Shown piece after piece: positions 10,060 to 19,380 of a stretch of 64,000 bases of DNA (position 1 is the first letter of the stretch; every line of letters begins with the position of its first letter). The notes under the pieces were generated by a model. That model had not been told where the DNA came from. It was given only the letters and a program-made list of their open reading frames with translations, and did no database searches. Origin of the DNA: Escherichia phage V18; sequence record NC_041937.1, one strand, 5' to 3'. Position numbers and translations under genes: made by a program.

Positions 10060-11559
10060 TTACCAAAGGTCGGTAGACATGAAGTTGATATCTTTGCTGT
10101 TCTCCCACTCAAGTTTTGCATCAAGTATTTTGCTAAACTCACCCTCATCTATGGAAAGCGTGATTTTCCCATCACTGATCTCTAAAGGTAGCATTTCCAT
10201 AGTTCTTAATTGAGAAGCAAAACCAGGGCCACCTGGCAACGGAAGAGTCCCGCCCGGCAAAGTGTCCAAAGGATTAACAAACCCGTTACCTCCCGATATG
10301 ATATCTTTGCGAATCATATCGCTGATAGTATCCAGTTGCTGATTTCTTTCACTCAGTGGGTTGAAACGGTCATTAAATAATTCCCCGGCGCTTAATATTG
10401 TACCGATAATGCCCAGCTTGCCGAGCAGACCAACTTTACCACCAGGTGTCTTGAGGCCACCTCCACCTTTTCCTGCCGCGCCACCACTACTAGATCCTTC
10501 TGCAGTAGCGGCACCCGCTGCTCCAGCTGCACCCCTTAGAGAGTTAAGGAATTTAAAGGTTTTTACAAGCATAGATGCCATGACAAAACCTTTTGTTAGG
10601 GCGTTGACTACCAGCATGATGGCAGCAGCAAACCCTGCCCATTTAGCATAGCTAAAGGTGTCATGAAGCTCTTCAGAATATTCCTTCGTCTTAGCTGTTA
10701 TGAATCCCCATTTAATCCCCCATTCAAGGAAAAACATGCGGATCTTGACTATAGTGTTGTTTAGTTCACCAACTACCCAGTTAAGGCCTCTCACAAACCC
10801 ACTAACAAAATCACCAGAGGCATCCCACACAAATTGCAGAGTCTCACCAGTGCGGATTAATGTATAATAGAACTCTGTTAGTTCGTCAGACCAACGGGTG
10901 AACAGTTTCTGACGAGTCAGTTCGATGAAGGTTTTCAGTCTGTTTTCTGCCAGCACGTTAGACTTCTGCATTCTTTCATAACCAGCTGCAGATGCCTCGT
11001 TCATGTACTTAGCCACATACTTCATGATCTTGGCTGTTTTAACCTCACCTTTCTTCATCATGTCCATGAACTGATCCATGGATAGTTCAGAAAGACCAAA
11101 AGCCTCTTTAGTGGCCTTGATAAAAGGTTCGTATGCACCAGGCAAGGCTTCAGCAAGTTGTTGCTTCAGTTCTTCGGACATTACTTGTCCCTTGCCAAGC
11201 ATCTGTTGGATTGCCATAATACCGCGCTGGTATTTTACCTCATCAGCACCATAAGCAGCAGCATACTGGGAGTATGCAGAAAACAGCTCATGCACTTCCT
11301 GATTTGTCATCTGGTTTTTGGCGTTTACCGACATCTGGGCGTAACCTTGAAGACCAGATTTGAGATCAAAACCAAGACGCATAGCCTCTTGCTGGACAAA
11401 CGCAACCTCACTGTTGGCTTTGTTTGGATCTCCAGTAACAGCAGTAAGAGCAGCACTTGCCCCCTCCATCATGTGACCGGATCTGTTAACCGCAGCAAAT
11501 CCAGAAAAAGCTGTATACGCAGCTGTTGCATTAATAACAGATCTACGTAAGTCTCTCAT
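10060..11559 (-). CDS. tape measure protein
   Basis: 499 aa; long helical protein with hydrophobic segment and Gly-rich stretch (GAAGAAGAATAEGSSSGGAAGKGGGG); sits after tube and chaperone genes. Confidence 0.65.
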   Translation of the reverse strand: MRDLRRSVINATAAYTAFSGFAAVNRSGHMMEGASAALTAVTGDPNKANSEVAFVQQEAMRLGFDLKSGLQGYAQMSVNAKNQMTNQEVHELFSAYSQYAAAYGADEVKYQRGIMAIQQMLGKGQVMSEELKQQLAEALPGAYEPFIKATKEAFGLSELSMDQFMDMMKKGEVKTAKIMKYVAKYMNEASAAGYERMQKSNVLAENRLKTFIELTRQKLFTRWSDELTEFYYTLIRTGETLQFVWDASGDFVSGFVRGLNWVVGELNNTIVKIRMFFLEWGIKWGFITAKTKEYSEELHDTFSYAKWAGFAAAIMLVVNALTKGFVMASMLVKTFKFLNSLRGAAGAAGAATAEGSSSGGAAGKGGGGLKTPGGKVGLLGKLGIIGTILSAGELFNDRFNPLSERNQQLDTISDMIRKDIISGGNGFVNPLDTLPGGTLPLPGGPGFASQLRTMEMLPLEISDGKITLSIDEGEFSKILDAKLEWENSKDINFMSTDLW

Positions 11560-12395
11560 GCATCGCCTAGTGTAAGCGTTTGGCTGGTGGCACTTTTAAA
11601 TCCAGACTGCAGTGCTGACAGGTGGGCGTTAAAGGTTGACTTTTTCATCTCCCCGCGAGCAAACCTGGACTCTAACTCTGAGTATCCTGGCAAGCTTCCA
11701 CGGAATCCGGCCCCATACTTGGCAGAAAGTCTTATCGCGGAGTTGTAGAGGTGGGTTCTTCTTGCCTCACGATCCGACATAAGCCTATTATCCATACCAG
11801 CTTTACCGTCCCTTCTTAGCTGTCTATGATAACGATTCATAGCAGCTGTCTGAGCTTTTACAAGATTAGGGTCGGAAGCCACACCACCCATATTAGGGTT
11901 ACCGGGGATATATTTGAAAGCTTTGGCATTAGCCAGAACTCTTGCCTTAGGTGCCTTATAACCGCCGTAAGACACTGGTGCAGATTTGGCAGCCTTTTTG
12001 GCCTCTTTAGCTTGCTGCTGGTAGAACTTACGCATCCTAGCCATTTCTGGATTTTTAGCGGTAAGATTACCTACAGCTTGTTTACGTCTCGCATTCTCCC
12101 TACGTTCTATTGCAGCCCTTACTGCAGCCTCTTTCTTGGCCTGTGCTACGCTCTCCCTGTGCAGCTTAGCATTTGCCTGAGATTGCTGTCTGGCAACCCG
12201 CTGCATTGTCTGCTGGGTTTTAACAGCTACCGCCTGCCATCTACTCATGGGGTTGGCTGAGTTAAAATCCTCACCTAGTTTCCTGAACTCCCTCCCAATA
12301 CTGCGAATTTTCTCTACAGCTTTTTTGTAGGAGGAGTTCTCTATCTCAAAGCCAATCTTGTTGACTGTTGTGGCAACTATTTTGTTTGTAGCCAT
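11556..12395 (-). CDS. tape-measure-associated basic coiled-coil protein (possibly N-terminal part of the tape measure)
   Basis: 279 aa Lys/Arg/Ala-rich helical protein; its stop overlaps the next start (ATGA). Confidence 0.5.
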   Translation of the reverse strand: MATNKIVATTVNKIGFEIENSSYKKAVEKIRSIGREFRKLGEDFNSANPMSRWQAVAVKTQQTMQRVARQQSQANAKLHRESVAQAKKEAAVRAAIERRENARRKQAVGNLTAKNPEMARMRKFYQQQAKEAKKAAKSAPVSYGGYKAPKARVLANAKAFKYIPGNPNMGGVASDPNLVKAQTAAMNRYHRQLRRDGKAGMDNRLMSDREARRTHLYNSAIRLSAKYGAGFRGSLPGYSELESRFARGEMKKSTFNAHLSALQSGFKSATSQTLTLGDA

Positions 12396-12405
12396 GGTTT
12401 CCTCA

Positions 12406-12444
12406 TAATAAAAAGGGCCAGATCCCAGAAAAGGAATCCGGCCC
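12406..12444 (-). terminator. rho-independent terminator candidate
   Basis: GC-rich imperfect hairpin (GGGCC...GGCCC) followed by TTTTTATT on minus strand. Confidence 0.4.
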
Positions 12445-12449
12445 TTAGA

Positions 12450-12698
12450 TTATCCTCTCCTGCGCTTAGCTTTCGCAGCAGCTGCGGCAGCCTTCTGCTC
12501 CCGCTCCATTTCCCTGTTTTGGACGGTATCTAGGAATTCTTCGATATCAAGATACTCACAGAGCTTCAGGAAATACGCCATATCTGCAAGATTTAGCGAT
12601 TCAAAATTTTCCCCTTTGAAATTCTTGAGCACCCTGCACCAAAGAAAGTCGAACCAGTTGAGTGAACTGTTCTTGGCTGCCCACTCACTGGCCCTCAC
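12450..12698 (-). CDS. putative tail assembly chaperone (T-like ORF)
   Basis: 82 aa ORF with GTG start, in -1 frame relative to upstream 157 aa ORF, between tube and tape measure genes. Confidence 0.4.
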   Translation of the reverse strand: MRASEWAAKNSSLNWFDFLWCRVLKNFKGENFESLNLADMAYFLKLCEYLDIEEFLDTVQNREMEREQKAAAAAAKAKRRRG

Positions 12699-12709
12699 AA
12701 CAACCTTAC

Positions 12710-13183
12710 TTATTCCTGCTCTTCCGGAGTCTGATCCAGGTTGTTCACCTGCTGAATCATACCCATCTGCTGTAACATCTCCAGAAGGCTTCCTAAACCG
12801 TCTTGTGTGAAAAAACAGCCGTAGTTAACCTCCAGAACCTTACCTGCCAGCTTAATCATCTCCAGCAGATGCCCTGCAAACACAACATCTGGGTTAAGCT
12901 TATCCACACCATCTACGGTAATATCTTCGAACAAGATTTTAAATAACTCTTCAATAGAGCTATCATCAAGTTCTTGGAACAGGTAAGCCAGAGCAGTAGG
13001 AAGGACCTCTGCCATATTCTGACCACCAGAGATAATAGATCCACCGATAGCACCTAGCGGGACAGCCACAATCTTACCGATTTTAGGCATGTTTTTCATT
13101 GCTTTCATCGGTCCCCAGTGGGTGATCACAAAGTTGTGCCCTGCTAAATCAATCTCTGTTGTAGGTCTAAAGTTTATAGCCAT
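12710..13183 (-). CDS. putative tail assembly chaperone (G-like)
   Basis: 157 aa acidic protein between tube and tape measure genes; preceded by sigma70-like promoter. Confidence 0.45.
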   Translation of the reverse strand: MAINFRPTTEIDLAGHNFVITHWGPMKAMKNMPKIGKIVAVPLGAIGGSIISGGQNMAEVLPTALAYLFQELDDSSIEELFKILFEDITVDGVDKLNPDVVFAGHLLEMIKLAGKVLEVNYGCFFTQDGLGSLLEMLQQMGMIQQVNNLDQTPEEQE

Positions 13184-13209
13184 TTTATAGCATCCTTATT
13201 AGTCATGTT

Positions 13210-13249
13210 GTGCACCATATTTGTGTATTTTACCATGATTATGGTGCAT
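13210..13249. repeat. inverted repeat bracketing promoter -10 region
   Basis: GTGCACCATA (13210-13219) and TATGGTGCAT (13240-13249), 9/10 complementary. Confidence 0.45.
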
Positions 13250-13255
13250 TGTCAA
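13227..13255 (-). promoter_or_regulatory. sigma70-like promoter for chaperone/tape-measure genes
   Basis: Minus strand TTGACA-N17-TAAAAT; flanked by inverted repeat GTGCACCATA / TATGGTGCA(T). Confidence 0.45.
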
Positions 13256-13295
13256 TTTAACCTTTCAAGCAATTCAAGAACGTGTGTCAAAACCA

Positions 13296-13328
13296 TAAAA
13301 GCAAAAAGCCCCACCCGAAGGTGAGGCT
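13296..13328 (-). terminator. rho-independent terminator after tail tube gene
   Basis: Hairpin AGCCTCACC-TTCG-GGTGGGGCT followed by TTTTTGCTTTT on minus strand. Confidence 0.5.
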
Positions 13329-13345
13329 TATGCTAAAGTGTGCCC

Positions 13346-13819
13346 TTAGATAATACCTGCAAGACCTGCGAGGCCAGTAAGAGCACCAGTGATGTTATCA
13401 CGGTTGAGCCATGCATCCAGAATACCGATATCCCAGTCCAGCTGACCTACTTCGGTTCCGTAAGTCAGGTCAGGCTGTTTCTGGATCCAACCAATTGTGG
13501 AAATACCAGGGCCCTGGCTACCTTCCAGCAGAACCGGGAAGAATACCAGGCCAGTAATCGATGCCTGTTTCTGCCAGTCAGAAAGGTAAGCGTTCCATAC
13601 AGAAGTGTTCTGCAAAGACACGGTCATAACACCAGATTGGTTACGAGACAGAGCTGCAGACATTTCACCATCCACACCGACGTGAGGATAAATGTTGTCT
13701 TCGTTTCTTGAAACAACAATCTTGGTGTCAGCAGCGAAGCCAGTGACACGCTGCTGCATCAGATACAGTTTGACCTTTTTAGGGTCATACGCATAAGGAG
13801 TTAAAATTTGAGTTTCCAT
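13346..13819 (-). CDS. tail tube protein
   Basis: 157 aa ORF immediately downstream of sheath gene, followed by hairpin terminator. Confidence 0.6.
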   Translation of the reverse strand: METQILTPYAYDPKKVKLYLMQQRVTGFAADTKIVVSRNEDNIYPHVGVDGEMSAALSRNQSGVMTVSLQNTSVWNAYLSDWQKQASITGLVFFPVLLEGSQGPGISTIGWIQKQPDLTYGTEVGQLDWDIGILDAWLNRDNITGALTGLAGLAGII

Positions 13820-13829
13820 CTAGGCTTCC

Positions 13830-15206
13830 TTATTCAGTCATTGCAACAGCATTGGTGGATTTAGAACCAACTTTGTCCAGAAGGACGTTGATCCGGATAC
13901 GAACGAAGTGCAGGGCGTTGTTATACACCAGTTCTACTTTCACACCTTCCAGAACACGAGCAGCCAACTGATTGGTTGGAATCTCTGCACGTTTAGGAAC
14001 TGTGATGATCGGGTCGTAGAACACATTGTTGTCTTCGTCAAAACCTGTCAGGATCGCACCATTCTTAATGCCAGTGTTGATTGGGTTGTTCATCAGGACA
14101 GACTTGATAACCGGAAGATCATCATCAGACATCTTCATGCTTAAACCCATGTTGGAGCGACGATGCATGTACCCAAACATAGATTCTTCAGATCTGAACT
14201 TGATCCAGTGTGCAAAACGAATAGCGTCTGCATACTGACCTGAAGCACACTTGCCTTCCCAGAAAGCACCAACACCGTTAATCATTCTGTAGAAGTTAAC
14301 GTGGTTTTCCCAAATCGCCATACGCTGAGTTAAAGTCATAGATGGTGCAATCACACCCGGCATCTGTTTTAAGTGCAAGCTGTCACCGTAAGACGGATCG
14401 TTGGATGCCATAGCGCCTACGATACCACCCTCTGGAAAATCTTTATCAGCACGAGGATCGTACATGCCAACACTGTCATATTGTGCAGCCATCAGTTTGG
14501 TGGCAATGTTATTATCTTTACCAGTCACATCTTCTGCAGTAGAGTAGACATGCAGCTTGTAGTTAGCCTGAGCCCACTTAGCACATGCTTCAATGTCGGT
14601 GTGGTCTTCATGGCACAGGAAGTACCAATTGTCACGCTCAGCATTGATCTTATCAACTACTGTAGAAGGTTTTTCAGCATTGGCGATATTTTTGATTGTA
14701 TAGTTACCAGTATGGTAACCAACAGTACAGTCACCCGTGATGGTGATAACACCTTCAGAAGCCTCTACAGTGATATCGTCCAAGTTATCATCTGCTTCGA
14801 TTTTAGTCTTCATTGACTCTGCAATCTGAGTTGCACCTGTTCCACCAGAGATAGGCACTATCAAAGAAGTATTGTAGCTACCTTTTGCAATAGTCATTAC
14901 GACATCGGTATCAGCTGCGGCAGCAATACCTTTAAAATCTACAGTGGTCTTTTCTTTGGCCTGTCTGCCGATCATAACGTATTGTGGAGGGAATACACCA
15001 CCAAAAGCTTTTGCTGCAAACTCATACGCTGCAGAGCCTTGTGCGAAACCATCTTCCACCATCTGATCCAGCTCTGCATATACGCGAGCTCGCTCAGTAA
15101 AGTTGTTGTGGATAGCGATGAACAGGGGAGTTTCGAAACCTACAGTGTCAATAGGCTGGGTTCCGAGGTTAACTGTAACATCTACCACTTTATCTAAATA
15201 TGGCAT
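13830..15206 (-). CDS. tail sheath protein
   Basis: 458 aa ORF preceding tube gene; size, position and composition fit contractile-tail sheath proteins. Confidence 0.65.
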   Translation of the reverse strand: MPYLDKVVDVTVNLGTQPIDTVGFETPLFIAIHNNFTERARVYAELDQMVEDGFAQGSAAYEFAAKAFGGVFPPQYVMIGRQAKEKTTVDFKGIAAAADTDVVMTIAKGSYNTSLIVPISGGTGATQIAESMKTKIEADDNLDDITVEASEGVITITGDCTVGYHTGNYTIKNIANAEKPSTVVDKINAERDNWYFLCHEDHTDIEACAKWAQANYKLHVYSTAEDVTGKDNNIATKLMAAQYDSVGMYDPRADKDFPEGGIVGAMASNDPSYGDSLHLKQMPGVIAPSMTLTQRMAIWENHVNFYRMINGVGAFWEGKCASGQYADAIRFAHWIKFRSEESMFGYMHRRSNMGLSMKMSDDDLPVIKSVLMNNPINTGIKNGAILTGFDEDNNVFYDPIITVPKRAEIPTNQLAARVLEGVKVELVYNNALHFVRIRINVLLDKVGSKSTNAVAMTE

Positions 15207-15246
15207 TTGTTTCCTCTTAATATCTGTGCACGGATATCAAACACGC

Positions 15247-15263
15247 AGTGTAATCATTACACT
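15247..15263. repeat. 17 bp perfect palindrome upstream of tail sheath gene
   Basis: AGTGTAATCATTACACT, about 45 bp upstream of sheath start codon on the transcribed side. Confidence 0.45.
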
Positions 15264-15445
15264 ACACAATTATAACGATTACTGACCACTGTCTGTAACC
15301 GCTTTACCAGAATTGGGTGAAGGGAAGTGTGTGGTTATTTCAGCCTTAATTCCCTGAAGATCCTCAAAAGCCCCAATGTCTGTTTCAACAAACCTTACGT
15401 TAAATGTCAGCATCACAGTGGCTCTATTTTCATACGTCTGCTTAT

Positions 15446-15829
15446 TCAACGGCACTCTTTGAGGTGAGATTGTTGAATTGTTAGAGTAGGCAAAGCACGA
15501 TCCAGAGGGAAATACTTATCATAAAACATTGGAAGGTTTATTGCTTGCAATACTCTGCTAAGTGCAGCATATGCCCTGCCACGATAAGCTGTTAGCAGAT
15601 AGGTAACAGTGTAACTGTGGGTGACACAAGCATTACCCTCCGCATCTTGAAACTCATTATCTTCCCAAGTGGTAGGATTGATCGCCAAGGTTTGTAAAAG
15701 TACAAACTCACCTTCCGGCTTCGGTATGGTAGAGCTTTCTGCCAGAACTACAGTTCTTCCTGTGGCAACCTTGACGAGCTTAGCAATGGTTGTTTCAAGA
15801 TCAGAAAAAACTTTTTCGAAAGCTTCCAT
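15446..15829 (-). CDS. hypothetical head-tail joining/completion protein
   Basis: 127 aa ORF in coupled array between capsid and sheath genes. Confidence 0.4.
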   Translation of the reverse strand: MEAFEKVFSDLETTIAKLVKVATGRTVVLAESSTIPKPEGEFVLLQTLAINPTTWEDNEFQDAEGNACVTHSYTVTYLLTAYRGRAYAALSRVLQAINLPMFYDKYFPLDRALPTLTIQQSHLKECR

Positions 15830-16254
15830 CAGTTTTCTCCTTCAGGCTCTTCTACCACAAAAAATCTATATCTCCCACCACCAGAGGTAACATATGCATC
15901 GCATTTTAAAACGGTAAACCATTTCAAGTCACCACGGATGTCAGGAAGTTGAATTTGATCAGCCATTGCATATGTTCCTTCATCCGGACTATACAACTTG
16001 GTTGAGGAGTAAACTGTAAAAGCCTCGTACTGTCTGTCACCTTCAGGATTTATTTGAGAGGAGTAATCTTTAGCTGCCCTTCCTGTCAACGGCTGCACAA
16101 CACACTCTAAGACATCAAACTCTTCATACTCAAGCTCTAACCCCTCGTTGGCAAAAGGACCACCAACTGTTTTGTTATACACTCTGTGGCGACCTTTGAA
16201 TGTTTTACGAGGTATTAGTCTGTTCTTTCCTATCAGCTTATAACCTGCTGCCAC
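15829..16254 (-). CDS. hypothetical head-tail joining/completion protein
   Basis: 141 aa ORF, start overlaps upstream stop. Confidence 0.4.
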   Translation of the reverse strand: MAAGYKLIGKNRLIPRKTFKGRHRVYNKTVGGPFANEGLELEYEEFDVLECVVQPLTGRAAKDYSSQINPEGDRQYEAFTVYSSTKLYSPDEGTYAMADQIQLPDIRGDLKWFTVLKCDAYVTSGGGRYRFFVVEEPEGEN

Positions 16255-16269
16255 TCAACCCCCTTATTT

Positions 16270-16740
16270 TTACTGTCCGATTTTAAAGGTTGCAGATTCA
16301 AGCAGCACATCGTAATGCCGCATAGCCTCGTTGAAGCCCTTTTCTTGTGCCCACTGCTCACTAACAGTAGGATTACTAAACTGCCCAGCCTCAATAACAA
16401 ACTGGATAGCTTTGGCCCCTGTGTCCCCCATCTGCTTAAGAATAGCCTCTGCACTTGATCCTCTAGCCATAGCTCTCAACAATTTTTCTGTCAAGGTCTG
16501 TAGTTGAGCACTGTGAAATGCAAAGGCTGTCTCCATGAAATTGCGAACAGGCAGCCCGTTCCAACCGAAGTTGTGAATGGCTGCCAATGTTGCCATATTT
16601 AAGCCTGACGGGTGAGGTTCGTCATAAAAGCCGTAGGTTATTGTTTTGCTTTCAAGTCTCACAAGATCTTTGTAGAAGCGATCTAAACGCTTTAGGTTGA
16701 ACCTTGTTTGACACTTAACCTTTAGCATTATATCCCTCAC
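16270..16740 (-). CDS. hypothetical head-tail joining/completion protein
   Basis: 156 aa ORF in same co-oriented array. Confidence 0.4.
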   Translation of the reverse strand: MRDIMLKVKCQTRFNLKRLDRFYKDLVRLESKTITYGFYDEPHPSGLNMATLAAIHNFGWNGLPVRNFMETAFAFHSAQLQTLTEKLLRAMARGSSAEAILKQMGDTGAKAIQFVIEAGQFSNPTVSEQWAQEKGFNEAMRHYDVLLESATFKIGQ

Positions 16741-16781
16741 TAATGTATTTTACCACAAAGATACATCAAAAGCAACAGTTT

Positions 16782-17402
16782 TTAAAAACTGCGTTTGCGT
16801 CTTGGGTGGCGAGGAGGTTGATTATTTAGACCACTGATAGGTGTAATCCCCTGGACATCAAACGGTCCGTTGCTGTTTTCATTAAATTTAACCCGAATTC
16901 CTTCGTCTACACGAACACCACCAATGATAATCATTCTGCTGTAAGCATCCAGTTCAGAATCTACATAGTCAGGGTGTGCCAGCAGCCAATCAAGGAAATC
17001 TTTCCATTGGGCGTAGGAAGATCCACCACGAATCTCTATGGTCTCATCACCTATTTTTTCCAGACGGGAAGTTATACTTGCATTACCGCTGGACACTTCC
17101 TGCATCATCAGCCACCGCACAAGCTGCACAAGCACATTGTACTTAAGCAGAGGTAGCTTATCAGGGTCTGCTGGATAATTTAGTTTCAGCTTCTCCATGT
17201 CAAGGAATGTTTTAATTACCTCGTCAGGGAGGGTTTCCTCATCAACATTGCCAAGCAACAACCTCATAATATTAATAAGGGGTTGGTCTGGATCAGGTTC
17301 CGGAGGTACAGGATCTTCTTTTGGTGGTTCTTCTGGGGTATCAACTACACCATCATGGTTAGGCGGGGACGGGATAATCTCTTCATCTTCATACCATGCC
17401 AT
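16782..17402 (-). CDS. hypothetical structural protein
   Basis: ORF 16782-17459; start placed at ATG 17402 (MAWYEDEE) with GAGGT RBS; Pro/Glu-rich linker. Confidence 0.4.
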   Translation of the reverse strand: MAWYEDEEIIPSPPNHDGVVDTPEEPPKEDPVPPEPDPDQPLINIMRLLLGNVDEETLPDEVIKTFLDMEKLKLNYPADPDKLPLLKYNVLVQLVRWLMMQEVSSGNASITSRLEKIGDETIEIRGGSSYAQWKDFLDWLLAHPDYVDSELDAYSRMIIIGGVRVDEGIRVKFNENSNGPFDVQGITPISGLNNQPPRHPRRKRSF

Positions 17403-17415
17403 TTGAAAATACCTC

Positions 17416-17452
17416 GTAAAAATAAAGCCCCATTCCTGATTTGGAAGGGGCC
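17416..17452 (-). terminator. rho-independent terminator candidate
   Basis: GC stem GCCCC ... GGGGC with inner TTCC/GGAA stem, followed by T-rich run on minus strand. Confidence 0.4.
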
Positions 17453-17461
17453 TTAACAAAA

Positions 17462-17914
17462 TTATGCCAGTGCAGCCTCAAAATCTTTCATCATATTTTG
17501 GAAAGTTTTTGCCTTACTTAAGGTAACACCGTACTCTTTGGCGAAGGTTTGGAGTGCATCTTTTGAACCACTTTTGTCATCTTCGTTGTTAAGAGCTGCT
17601 GCCTGCTGTAGTATGGCATCAACATCACTGCGAGAAGATCTTGATTCTTGTGCCTGTTCAGGATCCTGCTCAGTGCCTTCCTCAGGTACAGTCGGGCCTT
17701 GAGATTCTTCACCACCACCAGGTTCAGTAGGACCTACAGGCGGCTCCGGCTCTGGTTCAGGCGGTGGAGCTACCGTAGAGGTCAGTCCAAGATTCACAAC
17801 CTGAGAACGTTTCTTAGGCCACTCAATGGTGAAAGTTTGGGTATCTTCTTCATAAACAATGCTGCATTGCTCATCGTTTATGGTCACTTTTTTAGGCATC
17901 CCTACAGGTCCCAT
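17462..17914 (-). CDS. hypothetical structural protein with Pro/Glu-rich linker
   Basis: 150 aa; PPPEPEPEPPVGPTEPGGGEE linker; followed by hairpin plus T-run. Confidence 0.4.
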   Translation of the reverse strand: MGPVGMPKKVTINDEQCSIVYEEDTQTFTIEWPKKRSQVVNLGLTSTVAPPPEPEPEPPVGPTEPGGGEESQGPTVPEEGTEQDPEQAQESRSSRSDVDAILQQAAALNNEDDKSGSKDALQTFAKEYGVTLSKAKTFQNMMKDFEAALA

Positions 17915-18306
17915 AGATGGCCCTCTGCCACGGAAACTTGGAAAGCAGCGTCTACCTCTTTAAACACTGACGGGGTGAGTGTAATATTGACATCCCCGCT
18001 TTGCAGTGTTAAAGTGCTTTCATCAAGGTTCTCTGTGAAGAACAGAAGAATAACACCCATACGGATAGTTGAAATACCAGTATCAATTGGCAGGCCTGTA
18101 TGTTTTGCAATCTTCTCGAAGAAGTCTACAATCGTTCTGCATGGATAGTGAACACTGCCAATAACGAACTCTGTTGGTGGCAGCAAGGCTGATAAACCGA
18201 CATTGATTTCTGGATTATATTGTGCTAAAAATTGATAAAAACTTAACTGATTGTTGAAAACTCTTAATAGAGGATCATACTCAACTGGGTAGACGGTTCG
18301 CTTCAC
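17902..18306 (-). CDS. hypothetical head protein
   Basis: 134 aa ORF downstream of capsid gene terminator. Confidence 0.4.
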   Translation of the reverse strand: MKRTVYPVEYDPLLRVFNNQLSFYQFLAQYNPEINVGLSALLPPTEFVIGSVHYPCRTIVDFFEKIAKHTGLPIDTGISTIRMGVILLFFTENLDESTLTLQSGDVNITLTPSVFKEVDAAFQVSVAEGHLWDL

Positions 18307-18330
18307 GGGACACTCCTGTTAAACCCTAAT

Positions 18331-18363
18331 AAATAAAAAGGGGAGGGGGAGAACCCCCTCCCC
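18331..18363 (-). terminator. rho-independent terminator after major capsid gene
   Basis: Perfect 10 bp stem GGGGAGGGGG-AGAA-CCCCCTCCCC followed by TTTTTATTT on minus strand. Confidence 0.6.
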
Positions 18364-18387
18364 ATATGGGATGAATCACCTCAGTGA

Positions 18388-19212
18388 TTATTCACCACCT
18401 TTCAGAGTTGCTTTAACAACCAGCTCTGGACGGGTGTTAACTGCCAGCATGGAAGTTTCAGATTCAATCTTCTCTTCACGCAGGTATGCAGAGTGTTTAT
18501 ACCACATGTACAGTTCCTGTGCTGGAGTGTTTGCTTCGTTAACATCGTCTGCCGGAGCAAAGTGCAGCTGGAACATCTGATCAATACCCATCGGCAGAAT
18601 GCGAGCTTCTTTCTTAGGAATATTGCCAGAGATATCTTCGATAAAGGTGATACCTTTATGCTCAAACACACGGTATACGCTGTCTTGACCGCCAGCACCC
18701 AGACGGCGACGCAGAGGTTCCTGAGCAGAGCCGTAATAGGTGTATGCCAGTTCTACCAGAGGGTCATACTGACAGGTTGTGTCACCAGGTGCATAGGATT
18801 TACCCAGAATAGCCTGGAACAGCGCTTTCTCACGCAGTGCTTCATGAGAAACACGGATACGGCGAACAACGCGGGTTACTACGTCCTGAACAGTTTTCGG
18901 AGCATCAGGTGTGAAGTAACGACGGAAGTTCTGAACATCTGCTGCGGTGATGCCTTTGTCCAGAGGGAAGAACGGGATGTTCAGGTTTTTAACCTGAGCA
19001 CGTTCACTACCAACGTAGTTACGCTCACCACCACGACGGCGTGCCGGAATGTCGGTTACAACTTCATCAACACGCTCAATCTGAGCAATTGTTGAGGTGC
19101 CGAGACGGGTTTCGAACAGATCCATACCAGTAATCAGGCGGAATTGACGCGGAACAAGGTCCAGAGTAGCACCTAAATCAACAATGCCAAATTCATCTTT
19201 ACGAGTAATCAT
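18388..19212 (-). CDS. putative major capsid protein
   Basis: 274 aa; strongly biased GC-rich codon usage unlike neighbours (high expression); downstream of portal and head ORFs; perfect 10 bp GC hairpin terminator follows. Confidence 0.55.
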   Translation of the reverse strand: MITRKDEFGIVDLGATLDLVPRQFRLITGMDLFETRLGTSTIAQIERVDEVVTDIPARRRGGERNYVGSERAQVKNLNIPFFPLDKGITAADVQNFRRYFTPDAPKTVQDVVTRVVRRIRVSHEALREKALFQAILGKSYAPGDTTCQYDPLVELAYTYYGSAQEPLRRRLGAGGQDSVYRVFEHKGITFIEDISGNIPKKEARILPMGIDQMFQLHFAPADDVNEANTPAQELYMWYKHSAYLREEKIESETSMLAVNTRPELVVKATLKGGE

Positions 19213-19296
19213 TTATTTCTCCAAAGTAAAATTGTAGCCAGCATCGCTAGAATCAACTTTGCCGAGCACGATATCAGAATATTGAGCGGTAATCAT
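19213..19296 (-). CDS. small upstream ORF (27 aa) preceding capsid gene
   Basis: MITAQYSDIVLGKVDSSDAGYNFTLEK; shares GAAATAAATGATTAC initiation region with the capsid gene; may be leader peptide or non-functional. Confidence 0.25.
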   Translation of the reverse strand: MITAQYSDIVLGKVDSSDAGYNFTLEK

Positions 19297-19380
19297 TTAT
19301 TTCCCCCGTTAAACTCTTATGCTTCAGCAGATCCAGATACTCTTTAGTTTTGGTTGCGTCCCTTGATCAGGTTCCCTTCT

